This document shows positions 36,655 through 47,323 of a stretch of DNA of 64,000 bases, piece by piece. The DNA is taken from positions 1,643-65,642 of the IMG/VR virus record IMGVR_UViG_3300035698_028676; one strand, written 5' to 3'. Origin of the DNA: a virus (Duplodnaviria; Caudoviricetes). The translations under genes and the position numbers were made by a program. The number at the start of each line of letters is the position of its first letter. Within the stretch, counting starts at the first letter, position 1. The notes under the pieces were generated by a model. The model was not told the DNA's origin. It did no database searches and saw only the letters and a list, made by a program, of their open reading frames with translations.

Positions 36655-37686
36655 TTATTGCGTCCACGACTCCGGTTGAGGTACTGGGACTAATGCCTTT
36701 CTACCAGTCATTAAGTCTTCCTGTAATCTATAGCCTGGAGGAATCCCTGATTTACTAGTTTGTTGTTGCGGCCTTTGCCCATATTTTTTTATACCTTGAA
36801 GTTGAACCTGTTGTATTTGCTGCGGCTGAACTTGCTGGACAACCTGAGCTGGTACCTGTTGAATTTGCTCTTCAATTATTTGAGTCTCTTGTATCGTTTC
36901 TATCGGTAATTGTTCTTCCATTTGCTTAGCCTCTTTTATTGCTCTTAGTCTAGCCATCTTAGCATTTATTTCTTCTTGAGCTGCAGCTACTTCTTCTGGA
37001 GATAATCCTCTTTTTGCTAAAGCAAATCTCTGAGAAACTTCTGCTTTAGTCTCTACGGCCTGAGCTTGACTTTTTAATTGCTTTCTTAGTCTATGATAAT
37101 CAACGGCAGATATAGGTCGACCTGTTCTTGGGTCTTTATATTTATATGATTGTTTTGGCCTTCCTGCACCAGCTTGTTTTTGCCCACTAGATGCTTTCCC
37201 TGCTTTTGCCTTAGTTCTTCCAACACCAGAAAATTTTCTAACTGTTCTAACTATCGCTCCTTGCTGTCTAGCCTTAGCTTGAGATATTTGTTTTTGAGTT
37301 GTAGGAGTTATTCTTCGTACAGCCTTCTCAGCTCCACTTGCAACCTTTTCTGATTTAGTCTTTACAGCCGCAACTACCTTATCTACACCCTTTGCAACAC
37401 CACCAATAAAACTACTAAATGCTCCATCCTTAGATGGGTCAAGTGGTTTACAATCCCTAGAATTAATTAACCCATCAAAATCAGCGTCTGCAGTTGGGCT
37501 CATATTTGGGAACTTTTTCTTTAGTTGTTTCCAATTCATCTGTCTTGTTTTGTTGACGGAATATATAGGACTAACTTTATTATTAGATATTCTATTATTT
37601 ATTGAAAAGACTAATGGGTTTTTTACAGGTACAACTCTCTTGACATTCTTGTTCTTATTCTTATAACTAAGTTTACGTTTAACCAT
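36655..37686 (-). CDS. Basic, Gln-rich protein with DxDxDGxxNxxDCKP motif (paralog 1)
   Basis: MNWKQLKKKFPNMSPTADADFDGLINSRDCKPLD; AGRPK; Q-rich tail; first gene after class B promoter. Confidence 0.8.
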   Translation of the reverse strand: MVKRKLSYKNKNKNVKRVVPVKNPLVFSINNRISNNKVSPIYSVNKTRQMNWKQLKKKFPNMSPTADADFDGLINSRDCKPLDPSKDGAFSSFIGGVAKGVDKVVAAVKTKSEKVASGAEKAVRRITPTTQKQISQAKARQQGAIVRTVRKFSGVGRTKAKAGKASSGQKQAGAGRPKQSYKYKDPRTGRPISAVDYHRLRKQLKSQAQAVETKAEVSQRFALAKRGLSPEEVAAAQEEINAKMARLRAIKEAKQMEEQLPIETIQETQIIEEQIQQVPAQVVQQVQPQQIQQVQLQGIKKYGQRPQQQTSKSGIPPGYRLQEDLMTGRKALVPVPQPESWTQ

Positions 37687-37690
37687 CTTT

Positions 37691-37746
37691 ATATTACTAG
37701 TAATTCTTTATATTTAAATGTTGCGTTAATCGGGTTAACTCGATTA
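37691..37746 (-). promoter_or_regulatory. Class B promoter copy 1 with upstream 20-bp palindrome
   Basis: 40-bp core ATTAACGCAACATTTAAATATAAAGAATTACTAGTAATAT (minus strand) plus TAATCGGGTTAACTCGATTA at 37727-37746. Confidence 0.85.
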
Positions 37747-37749
37747 GCT

Positions 37750-40700
37750 TTAATAGTCATATACAAATATCTCCTCTGGTTCACTGCTTCTTCCCATGAA
37801 TAATTTAAAAATCATAGTTAAGATTAATAACAATAATATACCAGGTAATATCTTAATTATAGCTCCTTGTAATATATCATCTGCATATTTAAAATATACA
37901 TAAGCTACTTCAATAGTAGTTCTATCTCTAGCATCATTAATAAGAACAAATGTTCCAGTGTCTTCGTCTACAGAGTAATCAAACAAATCTATTAATGTAA
38001 TATCTATATCATCATCACCCCATGCTGCTTCCTCTATTGTACCATTGTTACTATTCCCAGATATATCATACGCTACATCTCCAGTCCCAGCATTTAGATT
38101 AAATACTCCTGTTAAATTTGATAAGTACCATATCGAAATATTTATACCCCAATGCTCCTCTGCAGCTGTATAGTTGTCGTTTCCATCATATGTTACATTA
38201 AAATAATAACTACCAAGCTCAAAGTCTGTTATATTAAATAATGGTGGTGAACCAGAATTGATTAATGAGTTGTCTAGATACATTTTTATATCTCCAAGCC
38301 CAATATTTAAACTTCCATTTAGATATTCATTCTTCGCAGTAAGATTATTACCTAAATAATTTGCTCTTAAGTTTCCTACATAAGCATATACTTCTGCAGT
38401 CGCTTTACTTATGATTAACGTAAATGAATCTATGCTCGCATTGGCAGTATAATTCTCCCCACCAGTAGAGTTATAAATATAATAATAAGTCCCAGCACCT
38501 AGCATTGTGTTATCTGGATTAGATACTGTAACATTATCTCTATATAATATATATGTTACATCACTATCATTATTATTTGTTTCATTGGCTGTTATGTTTG
38601 CTAATGAAGTATAGTTTATTGGTGAAGTCCCAGTTATAGAACCAGCCAAAGTTGCCTTATTAATAACAATTGTAAAGTTAGCATAAGCAGATGTATAGTT
38701 TGCATTCCCAGGAGTAGAATAGTTACCTGTAATAGATCCTGCTGCATAGATTCCATTCGATATATCAAGGGTGCATACAAGCTCTGCGGGGCATCCTGAG
38801 CCAATAAAATCAGTATCTGTGCCATATACTATAGGAGTTGTCGCATTAAGCGTTAAAATTGGTATGTTCTTGCTTATTGTATATGTCCCTGTCTCAGAAT
38901 TATTGAAGTTCCCAACTGAATCATTAGCAAACCATCTATAATTATAGACCCCAACTGAAAGATTTAAGAAGCTTACATTGAATATATCCGCTGACATATT
39001 TGTTGCAGTGTAATTTATCTCGTTAAATTCAAATAGAACGGTATCTAAGTTGCTGCTATCTGTTATTGTAGAGTTAAACCCATAGATTACAGTTTGAGAA
39101 TAATTTGTTGGGTCACTTGGATACTCAGTTAATATTGTAATATTAGGAGGTAATGAATCTATTGAGAATGTAACAGTTGTCGTATTAATATTATTATCAC
39201 TATCATTAACCCACATCTGCCAAACAGATATACCTTCTCCTGGACTAAGCCCAACTACATTATTACCGCAAACTATAGTTGTGTTAACTAGGCCACCATT
39301 TAATGAATACCAACAAGTATTAAGATTCGTATCTGTAGCTGTATAGTTAAGTTCAGTAACAGTTGATTTATAAATGGCATTATTAATTGGGTAGTCTATA
39401 GTTATGCCTGGATTTACATTGTCACTAACAGTTAATGTCTGAGCATCCATACTGGAATTGTAAGTCCAATTTTGTCCAGCTGTATTATTTAATACATAGT
39501 AATAGACACCATAAGATGGGGTCCATGTTTCACCTGTACCGATAGAGACATTATCTTTAGATATAATATATACCACATCATCATCTCCTACTTGAGATTC
39601 ATCTAATCCAATTGTTATTTCTTGAGTCTCATTAATAGCCCAACCTAAAGTTGAGGTTAAGTTCCCCTCTGGCATTGCCTTATTTATTATATAAGATGTT
39701 GTGTTTGTGCTTCCTGTATAATTAGCAGTCTCAGTATAGGAACAATTGAAAGTACTTGTACCTGCAGCTATAACTATTGGGCTTCCTGATGATATAACTG
39801 CCCCATTAAAATCTAATACTGCCGGGCCATCTCCTGAGAGTACACTACATGTTGGAGTTATAGCTGTTCCATATGTCTGTGGTGATGCTATATCAAATGT
39901 TAAAGATGTTTGCGATGCCGCTTTATTTACCGTGTAACTTCCTGTAGCGCTATTATTTACATTCCCTGCAGTATCATTAGCAAACCATACATAGTTATAG
40001 GTCCCAGCTGATAGATTAGTTAAGCTAACATAGAAATTATCACTGATATTGCTAGCACTATAATTTATACCATTAAATGTTAATATAATATTATCTAAAG
40101 GACTATCTGCATCTGAAACTGTAGCATTAAAACTATAAATTGTACTGCTAGAGAATGTTGCGGGGTCAGCTGGGTATTCAGTTAGAGCTGTAACTGCAGG
40201 TGGCATTGTATCTACAAAGAAAGTCGTAGTTGTTGTGTTAATGTTGTTATCGCTATCGTTAGCCCATACCCGCCAGGTTGTCCAACCCTCTCCTGAATTT
40301 AATCCAACTACGTTATCACCACAAGTTACAGTAGTATTTGCCAATCCTCCATTTAATGAATACCAACAGGTGTTAAGATTTGTATCTGTAGCTGTATAGT
40401 TTAACTCAGTTACCGCTGCATCATAGCTTGAACCATTAACTGGGTAATCAATAGTTATTCCTGGATTTATATTATCACTAACGGTTAAAGTTTTAGTATC
40501 CATACTAATATTCTCAGTCCAATTCACACCACCAGTAGTATTTAAAACATAATAATAAGTTCCGTAAGATGGAGTCCAAGTTTCACCTGTAGCTTTTGAG
40601 ACATTGTCTCTTGAAACTATATAAACTACATCTGCATCTCCACCTTGAGATTCAGTTAATCCAATTGTTACCTCTTGAGTTTCATTTATAGTCCAACCTA

Positions 40701-42912
40701 ATGTTGAGGTTAAACTACCTTCCGGTATTGCTTTGTTAATCGTGTAGCTTCCAGATTCAGTATTATTTATACCACCAATACTATTGTTAGCGAACCAACT
40801 ATAATTATACACTCCAACTGATAGATTAGCTATATTGGCATAGAAGTTACTGCTAATATTACTAGCTGTATAATTAGTCCCATTAAAAGTTAATACTACA
40901 TCATCTATACTACCTATGTCTGTAACAGTAGTATTAAACTGATAGATTGTTGATTGTGAGAATGTTGCTGGGTCAGCTGGGTATTCTGTTAATGATGCAA
41001 CATCTGGTGAGTATACAACGCTTGAAGATGTTAAATTAACTTTAGTTGTATTTACAGTTCCATCTCCAGCCCAAACTTGTGCTATTAATATATCTCCTCC
41101 GCTGAAATTTCCACTATCTAATGTTCCTATTAATGAGGTAGTACCATTGGTTACAACCTGAGACTGCTCTGCACCTGCAGCTGTACCGTTAACATAGAAC
41201 TGGACATAACCAGTTAATGTATCTGCGATATCTGTATCTTCAATTGTTAGGTTCACTAGATAATCTGTATTGGTATGAACTATATCTGGCTTTGTTGCGT
41301 TTGCTGTTATGTTTGGGGGGTTGTTTGCTTCAAACGGATAAGCAAAACCATCTCCATCTGCCCAGAGATTTTCCACTTCTGTTGAGTTTAATACTCTTGA
41401 CCATATTCCTATTTCATCAAGTTTACCCTCTAATAAATCTGAAGTATGCCATCCAGAACTTACGGCAAATTGTAAATTAGCTGAAGATGAACTTATTGTT
41501 GTAGAACCGGAACCCGTTGCCACACCATTTATATAAAAAACAATAGAACCACTATCCGCAGTTACGACTAAATGATTCCACGAATTTTCTATTAAAACAC
41601 TGGTAGAATTAGAAAGAACATTAGCTCCTCCTGTACCAAAAAATCGCACCGTTCCATTATCATCATTTACCAACGTAAGTTCATATCCAACTGCAGCGAC
41701 TGGAGGTCTATTGGATAAAATTCTATCGTATTTAGTTTTAAATGTAGGATTTATCCACAAAGAAAAAGTGAAATCTGAAGAAGTGATAAAGTTAAAATCA
41801 CTTGCCTCGTTAGTATCTAGATAATCCCCATAGTCTTCGCCATTAAAATCATAAGCCTTACCAATTTTTCCGGCTACATTAATAGTTGCACCATAATTAG
41901 TACCATCGTTAGAACCATGAGCATCATTAACAGTTGTTCCAGAAGCCTCATCTAACTTATAATAAGAAATTAAATCAGTAACCAAATAACTAGCCCATTC
42001 ATAAATATTAAAACCTTCGATAGTCGGAATAAATTCTACATACTCACCAGAAATAGTATCAGTGAACAATCCAATAATAATATTCTTATGTGGCAACTCC
42101 TTCACTTTGCTAAATTCAATCCATTCTTTACCTATATAACTATGGCATTCCTCTGCATTTGCATTTTTCAAAGTTTTCTTATCTGCTTTTGCAGCATCAT
42201 AACAATCTGTAACTTCAGTCTCAACTAAATATTTCCAAGTATAATCTTTATCTTTTATTTTATAATTATCTTTAAGATCATAGTAATCTATTTTCTCAGG
42301 GAACTTAACTTTATTATCCCAATCTACTAATAACCATTCAGCAACCATAACACTCTCTCCAGACTGAACCTCATTGTTGTATGGTGTTAATAATTCCATA
42401 TCTAATAATATCTTATCATCAGAAAAAGTCAACTTCTTGCTATCTGTGACATATGTCTTAGTAATTCCATCATATGTATTTGTATTATCATTTTTTCTAA
42501 TAGAATCAATATATCCTTTGTCTTTAATTTTACTCAATGTATCTCTCATATCAAATTCATAGATATCAGAATTATCCCCAATATGAAGTTTAAATCTATC
42601 CTCATTAGAATAATCATAAATTATAATTCTATCATCTCCAATTGTGTATCTGTCATCTGACATTCCATCTATCCATACATTATCTTCGTTTGTGGAATAT
42701 TCAATTATTAAATTATTGTTATTAATATAAGAGTTTATGTTAGAATCAATATTGATATCATCTTCCATCTGAATACAACTTACTTCTTCTGTGTTAAAAT
42801 TACTGTATAGAAAAAATACAGATGCTATTACGATAATAGCTCCTATACTTAAAGTTAATAATTTGCTCTTATTCGTACTCGATCGTACGTGCTCATTTCG
42901 TTCACCTTCCAT
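37750..42912 (-). CDS. 1720-aa surface/virion glycoprotein (LamG domain, Ig-like repeats, N- and C-terminal TM)
   Basis: LamG: LISYYKLDE..G...FSLWIN..WNHLVVT..GKLDEIGIW; repeated Ig-like units; dense NxS/T. Confidence 0.85.
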   Translation of the reverse strand: MEGERNEHVRSSTNKSKLLTLSIGAIIVIASVFFLYSNFNTEEVSCIQMEDDINIDSNINSYINNNNLIIEYSTNEDNVWIDGMSDDRYTIGDDRIIIYDYSNEDRFKLHIGDNSDIYEFDMRDTLSKIKDKGYIDSIRKNDNTNTYDGITKTYVTDSKKLTFSDDKILLDMELLTPYNNEVQSGESVMVAEWLLVDWDNKVKFPEKIDYYDLKDNYKIKDKDYTWKYLVETEVTDCYDAAKADKKTLKNANAEECHSYIGKEWIEFSKVKELPHKNIIIGLFTDTISGEYVEFIPTIEGFNIYEWASYLVTDLISYYKLDEASGTTVNDAHGSNDGTNYGATINVAGKIGKAYDFNGEDYGDYLDTNEASDFNFITSSDFTFSLWINPTFKTKYDRILSNRPPVAAVGYELTLVNDDNGTVRFFGTGGANVLSNSTSVLIENSWNHLVVTADSGSIVFYINGVATGSGSTTISSSSANLQFAVSSGWHTSDLLEGKLDEIGIWSRVLNSTEVENLWADGDGFAYPFEANNPPNITANATKPDIVHTNTDYLVNLTIEDTDIADTLTGYVQFYVNGTAAGAEQSQVVTNGTTSLIGTLDSGNFSGGDILIAQVWAGDGTVNTTKVNLTSSSVVYSPDVASLTEYPADPATFSQSTIYQFNTTVTDIGSIDDVVLTFNGTNYTASNISSNFYANIANLSVGVYNYSWFANNSIGGINNTESGSYTINKAIPEGSLTSTLGWTINETQEVTIGLTESQGGDADVVYIVSRDNVSKATGETWTPSYGTYYYVLNTTGGVNWTENISMDTKTLTVSDNINPGITIDYPVNGSSYDAAVTELNYTATDTNLNTCWYSLNGGLANTTVTCGDNVVGLNSGEGWTTWRVWANDSDNNINTTTTTFFVDTMPPAVTALTEYPADPATFSSSTIYSFNATVSDADSPLDNIILTFNGINYSASNISDNFYVSLTNLSAGTYNYVWFANDTAGNVNNSATGSYTVNKAASQTSLTFDIASPQTYGTAITPTCSVLSGDGPAVLDFNGAVISSGSPIVIAAGTSTFNCSYTETANYTGSTNTTSYIINKAMPEGNLTSTLGWAINETQEITIGLDESQVGDDDVVYIISKDNVSIGTGETWTPSYGVYYYVLNNTAGQNWTYNSSMDAQTLTVSDNVNPGITIDYPINNAIYKSTVTELNYTATDTNLNTCWYSLNGGLVNTTIVCGNNVVGLSPGEGISVWQMWVNDSDNNINTTTVTFSIDSLPPNITILTEYPSDPTNYSQTVIYGFNSTITDSSNLDTVLFEFNEINYTATNMSADIFNVSFLNLSVGVYNYRWFANDSVGNFNNSETGTYTISKNIPILTLNATTPIVYGTDTDFIGSGCPAELVCTLDISNGIYAAGSITGNYSTPGNANYTSAYANFTIVINKATLAGSITGTSPINYTSLANITANETNNNDSDVTYILYRDNVTVSNPDNTMLGAGTYYYIYNSTGGENYTANASIDSFTLIISKATAEVYAYVGNLRANYLGNNLTAKNEYLNGSLNIGLGDIKMYLDNSLINSGSPPLFNITDFELGSYYFNVTYDGNDNYTAAEEHWGINISIWYLSNLTGVFNLNAGTGDVAYDISGNSNNGTIEEAAWGDDDIDITLIDLFDYSVDEDTGTFVLINDARDRTTIEVAYVYFKYADDILQGAIIKILPGILLLLILTMIFKLFMGRSSEPEEIFVYDY
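39145..40740 (-). repeat. Internal ~180-aa duplication in the 1720-aa protein
   Basis: INKA(I/M)PEG.LTSTLGW.INETQE...CWYSLNGG...NDSDNNINTTT occurs twice (approx. 40200-40740 and 39145-39690). Confidence 0.85.
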
Positions 42913-43438
42913 TTAATAGTAACTCTGATAACTGAGACTGATTCATTGTATCATTATAAAATTTAATTGTATCTATACTTCCCTCAAAAAATCCTGATTC
43001 ATTAATACCAAAATACCATCCAGTAGCATTCTTCTTAAATGGATTTATAGTTAAGTTGCCTACAGTGTTATTCCCTTCATAAATTAAATCAGATGAGTTA
43101 GTTATCATTATCCAATCACTACCTGAGGTGTTTGCCCAAAATACAACCGATACATAATCATAATCTGGGATAAATAGATAATCATCTATACCATCAAAGT
43201 CTAACCATGTACTATTTTTAGTTGTAACTACTGTTGATTTTATTCCATCACCTATTGGAGATAAAACTGTATTAGAACTAGTTGTTACTAAAAATGAATT
43301 TGTATCAGAATACTCATTCTCTGCCCTTGAGTTATCATACACATCTGGGATAATTCTAAATAATAATATAAATAATATTAACGCTATCATTGATACTATT
43401 ATATAAAGAACTGCGTTGCCTTTTTTGTTTATTCTCAT
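42902..43438 (-). CDS. Pilin/capsid-like N-terminal helix plus incomplete LamG domain
   Basis: MRINKKG|N class III-like signal; WLDFDGIDDY...FEGSIDTIKFYN..SQLSELL. Confidence 0.75.
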   Translation of the reverse strand: MRINKKGNAVLYIIVSMIALILFILLFRIIPDVYDNSRAENEYSDTNSFLVTTSSNTVLSPIGDGIKSTVVTTKNSTWLDFDGIDDYLFIPDYDYVSVVFWANTSGSDWIMITNSSDLIYEGNNTVGNLTINPFKKNATGWYFGINESGFFEGSIDTIKFYNDTMNQSQLSELLLNGR

Positions 43439-43477
43439 TCATTCACCTCAGGGTTTTTATAAATTGAATCTTCCATG

Positions 43478-43747
43478 CTATGACACCGAGGTTATGAAAT
43501 TTATTAGTCCTCTGAAAAAATAGAATAATGCAAACATACCTATAGTCAGTGTCGCTAATCCTCCAACATAGCCAATACTAAATGTCATAAGAAAGATAAA
43601 TACAATCATATAGTTCAGAAATGGCGACATCTTAGAAAGCATTCCTATTAAGAATAAGATTGCCGCTATACCTATTCCAGAAACAAGTATCCCACCGAAT
43701 ACATTCTCCACAAAGAGATAAAATAAATCAAATGCTGCTGCTACCAT
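43478..43747 (-). CDS. Small polytopic membrane protein
   Basis: Three hydrophobic helices. Confidence 0.7.
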   Translation of the reverse strand: MVAAAFDLFYLFVENVFGGILVSGIGIAAILFLIGMLSKMSPFLNYMIVFIFLMTFSIGYVGGLATLTIGMFALFYFFRGLINFITSVS

Positions 43748-44169
43748 TAATCTGCATTCCTCCAGAATTTTAGCACAACATAAAGATATGATACCACCAG
43801 TGGAGCCGCAAGTATCAGCGCGATATATGAATTAGATTGTCCTAAAACTTCCCATTGACTATACCTAGTATATAATTCAGCAAAAGATATACCGAAACTA
43901 AAGAAAACTCCAGTTATACCGGCAAATATTAAGAAGTCAGATTTAGTCCAAAATGAACCTACAACTATCCCCACAACAGAGCTTAAGGCTAATGCATCTG
44001 TAATCAAATCCATTAGAGATAAACTCCCCCAATCTTGTGGATTTGTAATCATTGTCCAAAGACTAGACCCAGGTGGACTAGCTCCTACAAATATAACTAT
44101 AGACAAATTAATAGCAACTATAAATAGTAACATTGGTAATAATTTTCCCATTTTATGTTTCCCTCGCAA
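43747..44169 (-). CDS. Polytopic membrane protein
   Basis: Four hydrophobic helices. Confidence 0.7.
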   Translation of the reverse strand: MRGKHKMGKLLPMLLFIVAINLSIVIFVGASPPGSSLWTMITNPQDWGSLSLMDLITDALALSSVVGIVVGSFWTKSDFLIFAGITGVFFSFGISFAELYTRYSQWEVLGQSNSYIALILAAPLVVSYLYVVLKFWRNAD

Positions 44170-47100
44170 ATTTATTTAGTATATAACCAGCCGCGAATAA
44201 AGAAGTTATTAACGCAACAACATATTGATCCATCCAGGCATTTGTTCCTGTATAACTAATTCTTAAAAATCCACCATATGATGCAAAGATTATTATGAAA
44301 GTCATAAACCCTATTGCTCCGCCTGCTGTAGAAAAGTCCCATCCTGTACTATAACTTATATATCCCATAACTATAGAAAGCATAAGAAAGAAGAAAACAA
44401 TTCTAGAAAACTCTTGTCTATTGCTATCATTACCGAATTCATTCAACTCTCTCGCATATTTGAAGAATGAAACTAATGTTCCTCTGTTTGGGATATTTGT
44501 AGTCATAACACTCCAATATGCATCTGCATCAAGAATTATATATCCTTCTCCCATATCTACATAGTAAATAGCCCTTATACTTCTATTAGTACCAACAGGA
44601 ATAGATAAAGATAAATTACCACCTTTAGAATCACACCCGATAGTAGAACCTAATGATACTGTATTATTATTGACTAGTTCCATCTTACACGAAACAATAT
44701 TACTTAAATTTGCAGTAATGTTAAATAAGAATGTTTGTGTAGTATTAGGTAAAATAATCTTACCAAGGTCTGGATAGACTGTCCAGAATAATCCTTCAGT
44801 GCTCGAGTTATAAGTTGCAGCTGAAGCTCCAGAGCCCATTACAACGGTATATGTAGAAGATGATGGTCTAACTGTAACAGTGACAGTTGAATAACCAGAC
44901 TTAGTAAATGTTAATTCATGGTCATAATCCGGATTTAACCATCCAGTAAAACCTCCAGCTGAATCTGTAACACCTTGTTCAACCAATGTCCATACACCTG
45001 CAAATTCTCTTTTAACGACTACCTCTACTCCTTCTATCCCATTTCCAACCGTATCCTGTACTTGATATACAGAATAAGTACCATCTGCCGATGCCAACAT
45101 ATAAAGAGTTGGTGTTGAAGTTGTATTAGTTAAGTCTCCAGATGTTGACCACCTTCTTTGTGGATACCCTGTATCTGAATATTGTAACTCTAACGAACTT
45201 GTTATAGTTTTATCTGACGGTAAAAAACAAAAACCATAGGATTCATTAGCATCAGTAGTTGAATATAATAGTGTCTTATTGATAGTAGCATCACCTGAAG
45301 ATAAATAGTAAGTCCACGTTGATGTATCAATTGAAGCATTAGTTGCTATAGTTGTTTCTTCATCTTCAAATGTAAAGTTTATATAAGGAGCAGTTAATGT
45401 TGTGTTACATAGGCCTAAGGCTATTCTTCCTGTAGACTGATTTATTTGAGGAGTGTCTATGTCTTCAGCCCCATAAGATATTGTCCAAAAAAATGTATTA
45501 TTAATTGCAGTAGCTGTAGATATAGCCGGAACAATTATGTCCCTACTGAATACCATCTCAGAATTATTTCCAGTTTTAGTTGTATCATAATATATACCAC
45601 CGGTAGGATATGTCCCACCGTAATATAGGCTGGCAGTTATAGATTGACTTCCATTTGCAGTTAAATTTATTCTGAATCCTTCTCGTGCAGTTTCATATGT
45701 TGTTAAGTTATATTTTTCTGAATTACCAAATATTTTATATGTCCAGCTACGAGTAAAGTTGGCTTCATTTGCTGCGCTGTCATTCGCATAAAATGTTACG
45801 TTTTTTTGATCAGTTAAAATAAATGATGCATTTAAGTCAGCACACGTTACTGTTGTATTTGTGTTGTTATAATTATACCAGCAACTTTCCAAACTGGTAT
45901 CTGAAGATGTCCAGTTCAATGATATATTTTGTCCTGTATATGCATAATCAAAAGACGTTGTAGGATAAGTTATATTTATTATAGGAGTATTTGTATCTAA
46001 ATATACTGTTCTATTCTCTGTCGCAAATCCACAATCCTCATCAGAATCACAAGCTTGGCAATTCCAATTAGTTGTTCCACTAATTGTTTGTGTAAATGAA
46101 TTTGTATAATTCATTTGTAAAGTATTATAGTTTAATTCATATGTTTTGAATGTAGATGCAAATCCAGTAAATGAGCCACTATGACTATATGAAACTACTG
46201 TTTTTATCATTAATCCTTCAACATATTTATCTAAGACTACACTTCTGTTTACAAGAAGAGATGGGACAGCAGTATTATTTGTTGCTTCAACAGCCCATTC
46301 TGTTCCATTATAAGATTCTAATGTTATAACAATTGAACTTGTATCCATACTTCCAAGTCCCCAAGCAAATTGAGATTTATAATTTACAGTTCCAACTTTT
46401 CTGATACCAAATATTTGTCCTAATTCATTATCATGATTGTCAGTAGTACCTGAACTCCAAATTAATTTAGCAGCATAAGTATCATAATCTTCATCAAAAG
46501 CATTAGAAGTATTTACATTGCTATCTGGATTATATAATGTTTTTGATATACTTTGTGTATCTCTAATCCCCCATGTTCCAGTGCTATCATCGAATAAACT
46601 TATATTGGTTAATTCTGCGCCTCCAGTAATATTTGCTGAACAATTAAAAGTACTCTCAAGAGTATGTAATGTATAATTATCAGAAGGATTAATCAAAATA
46701 ACTTCTCCATCATCACCCAAAGAGATATTTCCCCACGTCGCCCATTCATTCAGAGTTTCACCATTAGTTTTAATAACCCAATCAACAGTTCTAGATGGTT
46801 TCTTTTCTGCATTTAATTTAACCTTGTAGTTACCAGCAGGCATCTCTGTTCCTAGGGAATAAGTTTCTCCGTCTGCTTCGTTACCTTGTAACGTGGAATC
46901 ATCAATAGATGATACATAAAATTGATAACTTCTAACGTCCTGCTTAATCTGAGACCCATCATCTTTAATGGTATAGAAATCTACATCATCAATTAGAACT
47001 GAATCTTCGGATAAATAAATTTGCATAGTAGAAGAACAATCTATCCCACAAACATCATCGTGTTGTGTTATTGCCCCACGGAATAATGTCTTACCCCAAC

Positions 47101-47311
47101 CAAACATATTCTTAATCTCAATAGGCTTGTAAGTTTCCCAAATAGGATTGTATTCTATGTTCTTATTACCTATAGAAAAAGATTCTCCGCTATTTATATT
47201 TTTAGAATTCTGAGAGTTATCTATATTCATAGCTGAAGCTATCGGTACAGCTGCAGCTATAATAAACAACATTAATACAATTAAGAAAGATAAAGACTTT
47301 ATATTTGCCAT
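44153..47311 (-). CDS. 1052-aa secreted glycoprotein with C-terminal TM anchor
   Basis: Signal peptide, C..DCS...EWATWG module, Ig-like domains, carboxypeptidase-regulatory-like domain, three C-terminal TMs. Confidence 0.85.
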   Translation of the reverse strand: MANIKSLSFLIVLMLFIIAAAVPIASAMNIDNSQNSKNINSGESFSIGNKNIEYNPIWETYKPIEIKNMFGWGKTLFRGAITQHDDVCGIDCSSTMQIYLSEDSVLIDDVDFYTIKDDGSQIKQDVRSYQFYVSSIDDSTLQGNEADGETYSLGTEMPAGNYKVKLNAEKKPSRTVDWVIKTNGETLNEWATWGNISLGDDGEVILINPSDNYTLHTLESTFNCSANITGGAELTNISLFDDSTGTWGIRDTQSISKTLYNPDSNVNTSNAFDEDYDTYAAKLIWSSGTTDNHDNELGQIFGIRKVGTVNYKSQFAWGLGSMDTSSIVITLESYNGTEWAVEATNNTAVPSLLVNRSVVLDKYVEGLMIKTVVSYSHSGSFTGFASTFKTYELNYNTLQMNYTNSFTQTISGTTNWNCQACDSDEDCGFATENRTVYLDTNTPIINITYPTTSFDYAYTGQNISLNWTSSDTSLESCWYNYNNTNTTVTCADLNASFILTDQKNVTFYANDSAANEANFTRSWTYKIFGNSEKYNLTTYETAREGFRINLTANGSQSITASLYYGGTYPTGGIYYDTTKTGNNSEMVFSRDIIVPAISTATAINNTFFWTISYGAEDIDTPQINQSTGRIALGLCNTTLTAPYINFTFEDEETTIATNASIDTSTWTYYLSSGDATINKTLLYSTTDANESYGFCFLPSDKTITSSLELQYSDTGYPQRRWSTSGDLTNTTSTPTLYMLASADGTYSVYQVQDTVGNGIEGVEVVVKREFAGVWTLVEQGVTDSAGGFTGWLNPDYDHELTFTKSGYSTVTVTVRPSSSTYTVVMGSGASAATYNSSTEGLFWTVYPDLGKIILPNTTQTFLFNITANLSNIVSCKMELVNNNTVSLGSTIGCDSKGGNLSLSIPVGTNRSIRAIYYVDMGEGYIILDADAYWSVMTTNIPNRGTLVSFFKYARELNEFGNDSNRQEFSRIVFFFLMLSIVMGYISYSTGWDFSTAGGAIGFMTFIIIFASYGGFLRISYTGTNAWMDQYVVALITSLFAAGYILNKFARET

Positions 47312-47323
47312 CTTTATCTAAAG

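Noticed and set aside
39145-40740. Duplicated segment as a diversity-generating retroelement TR/VR pair
   Set aside because: Both copies are in-frame domains of one gene, differences are not visibly adenine-specific, and no reverse transcriptase is present.
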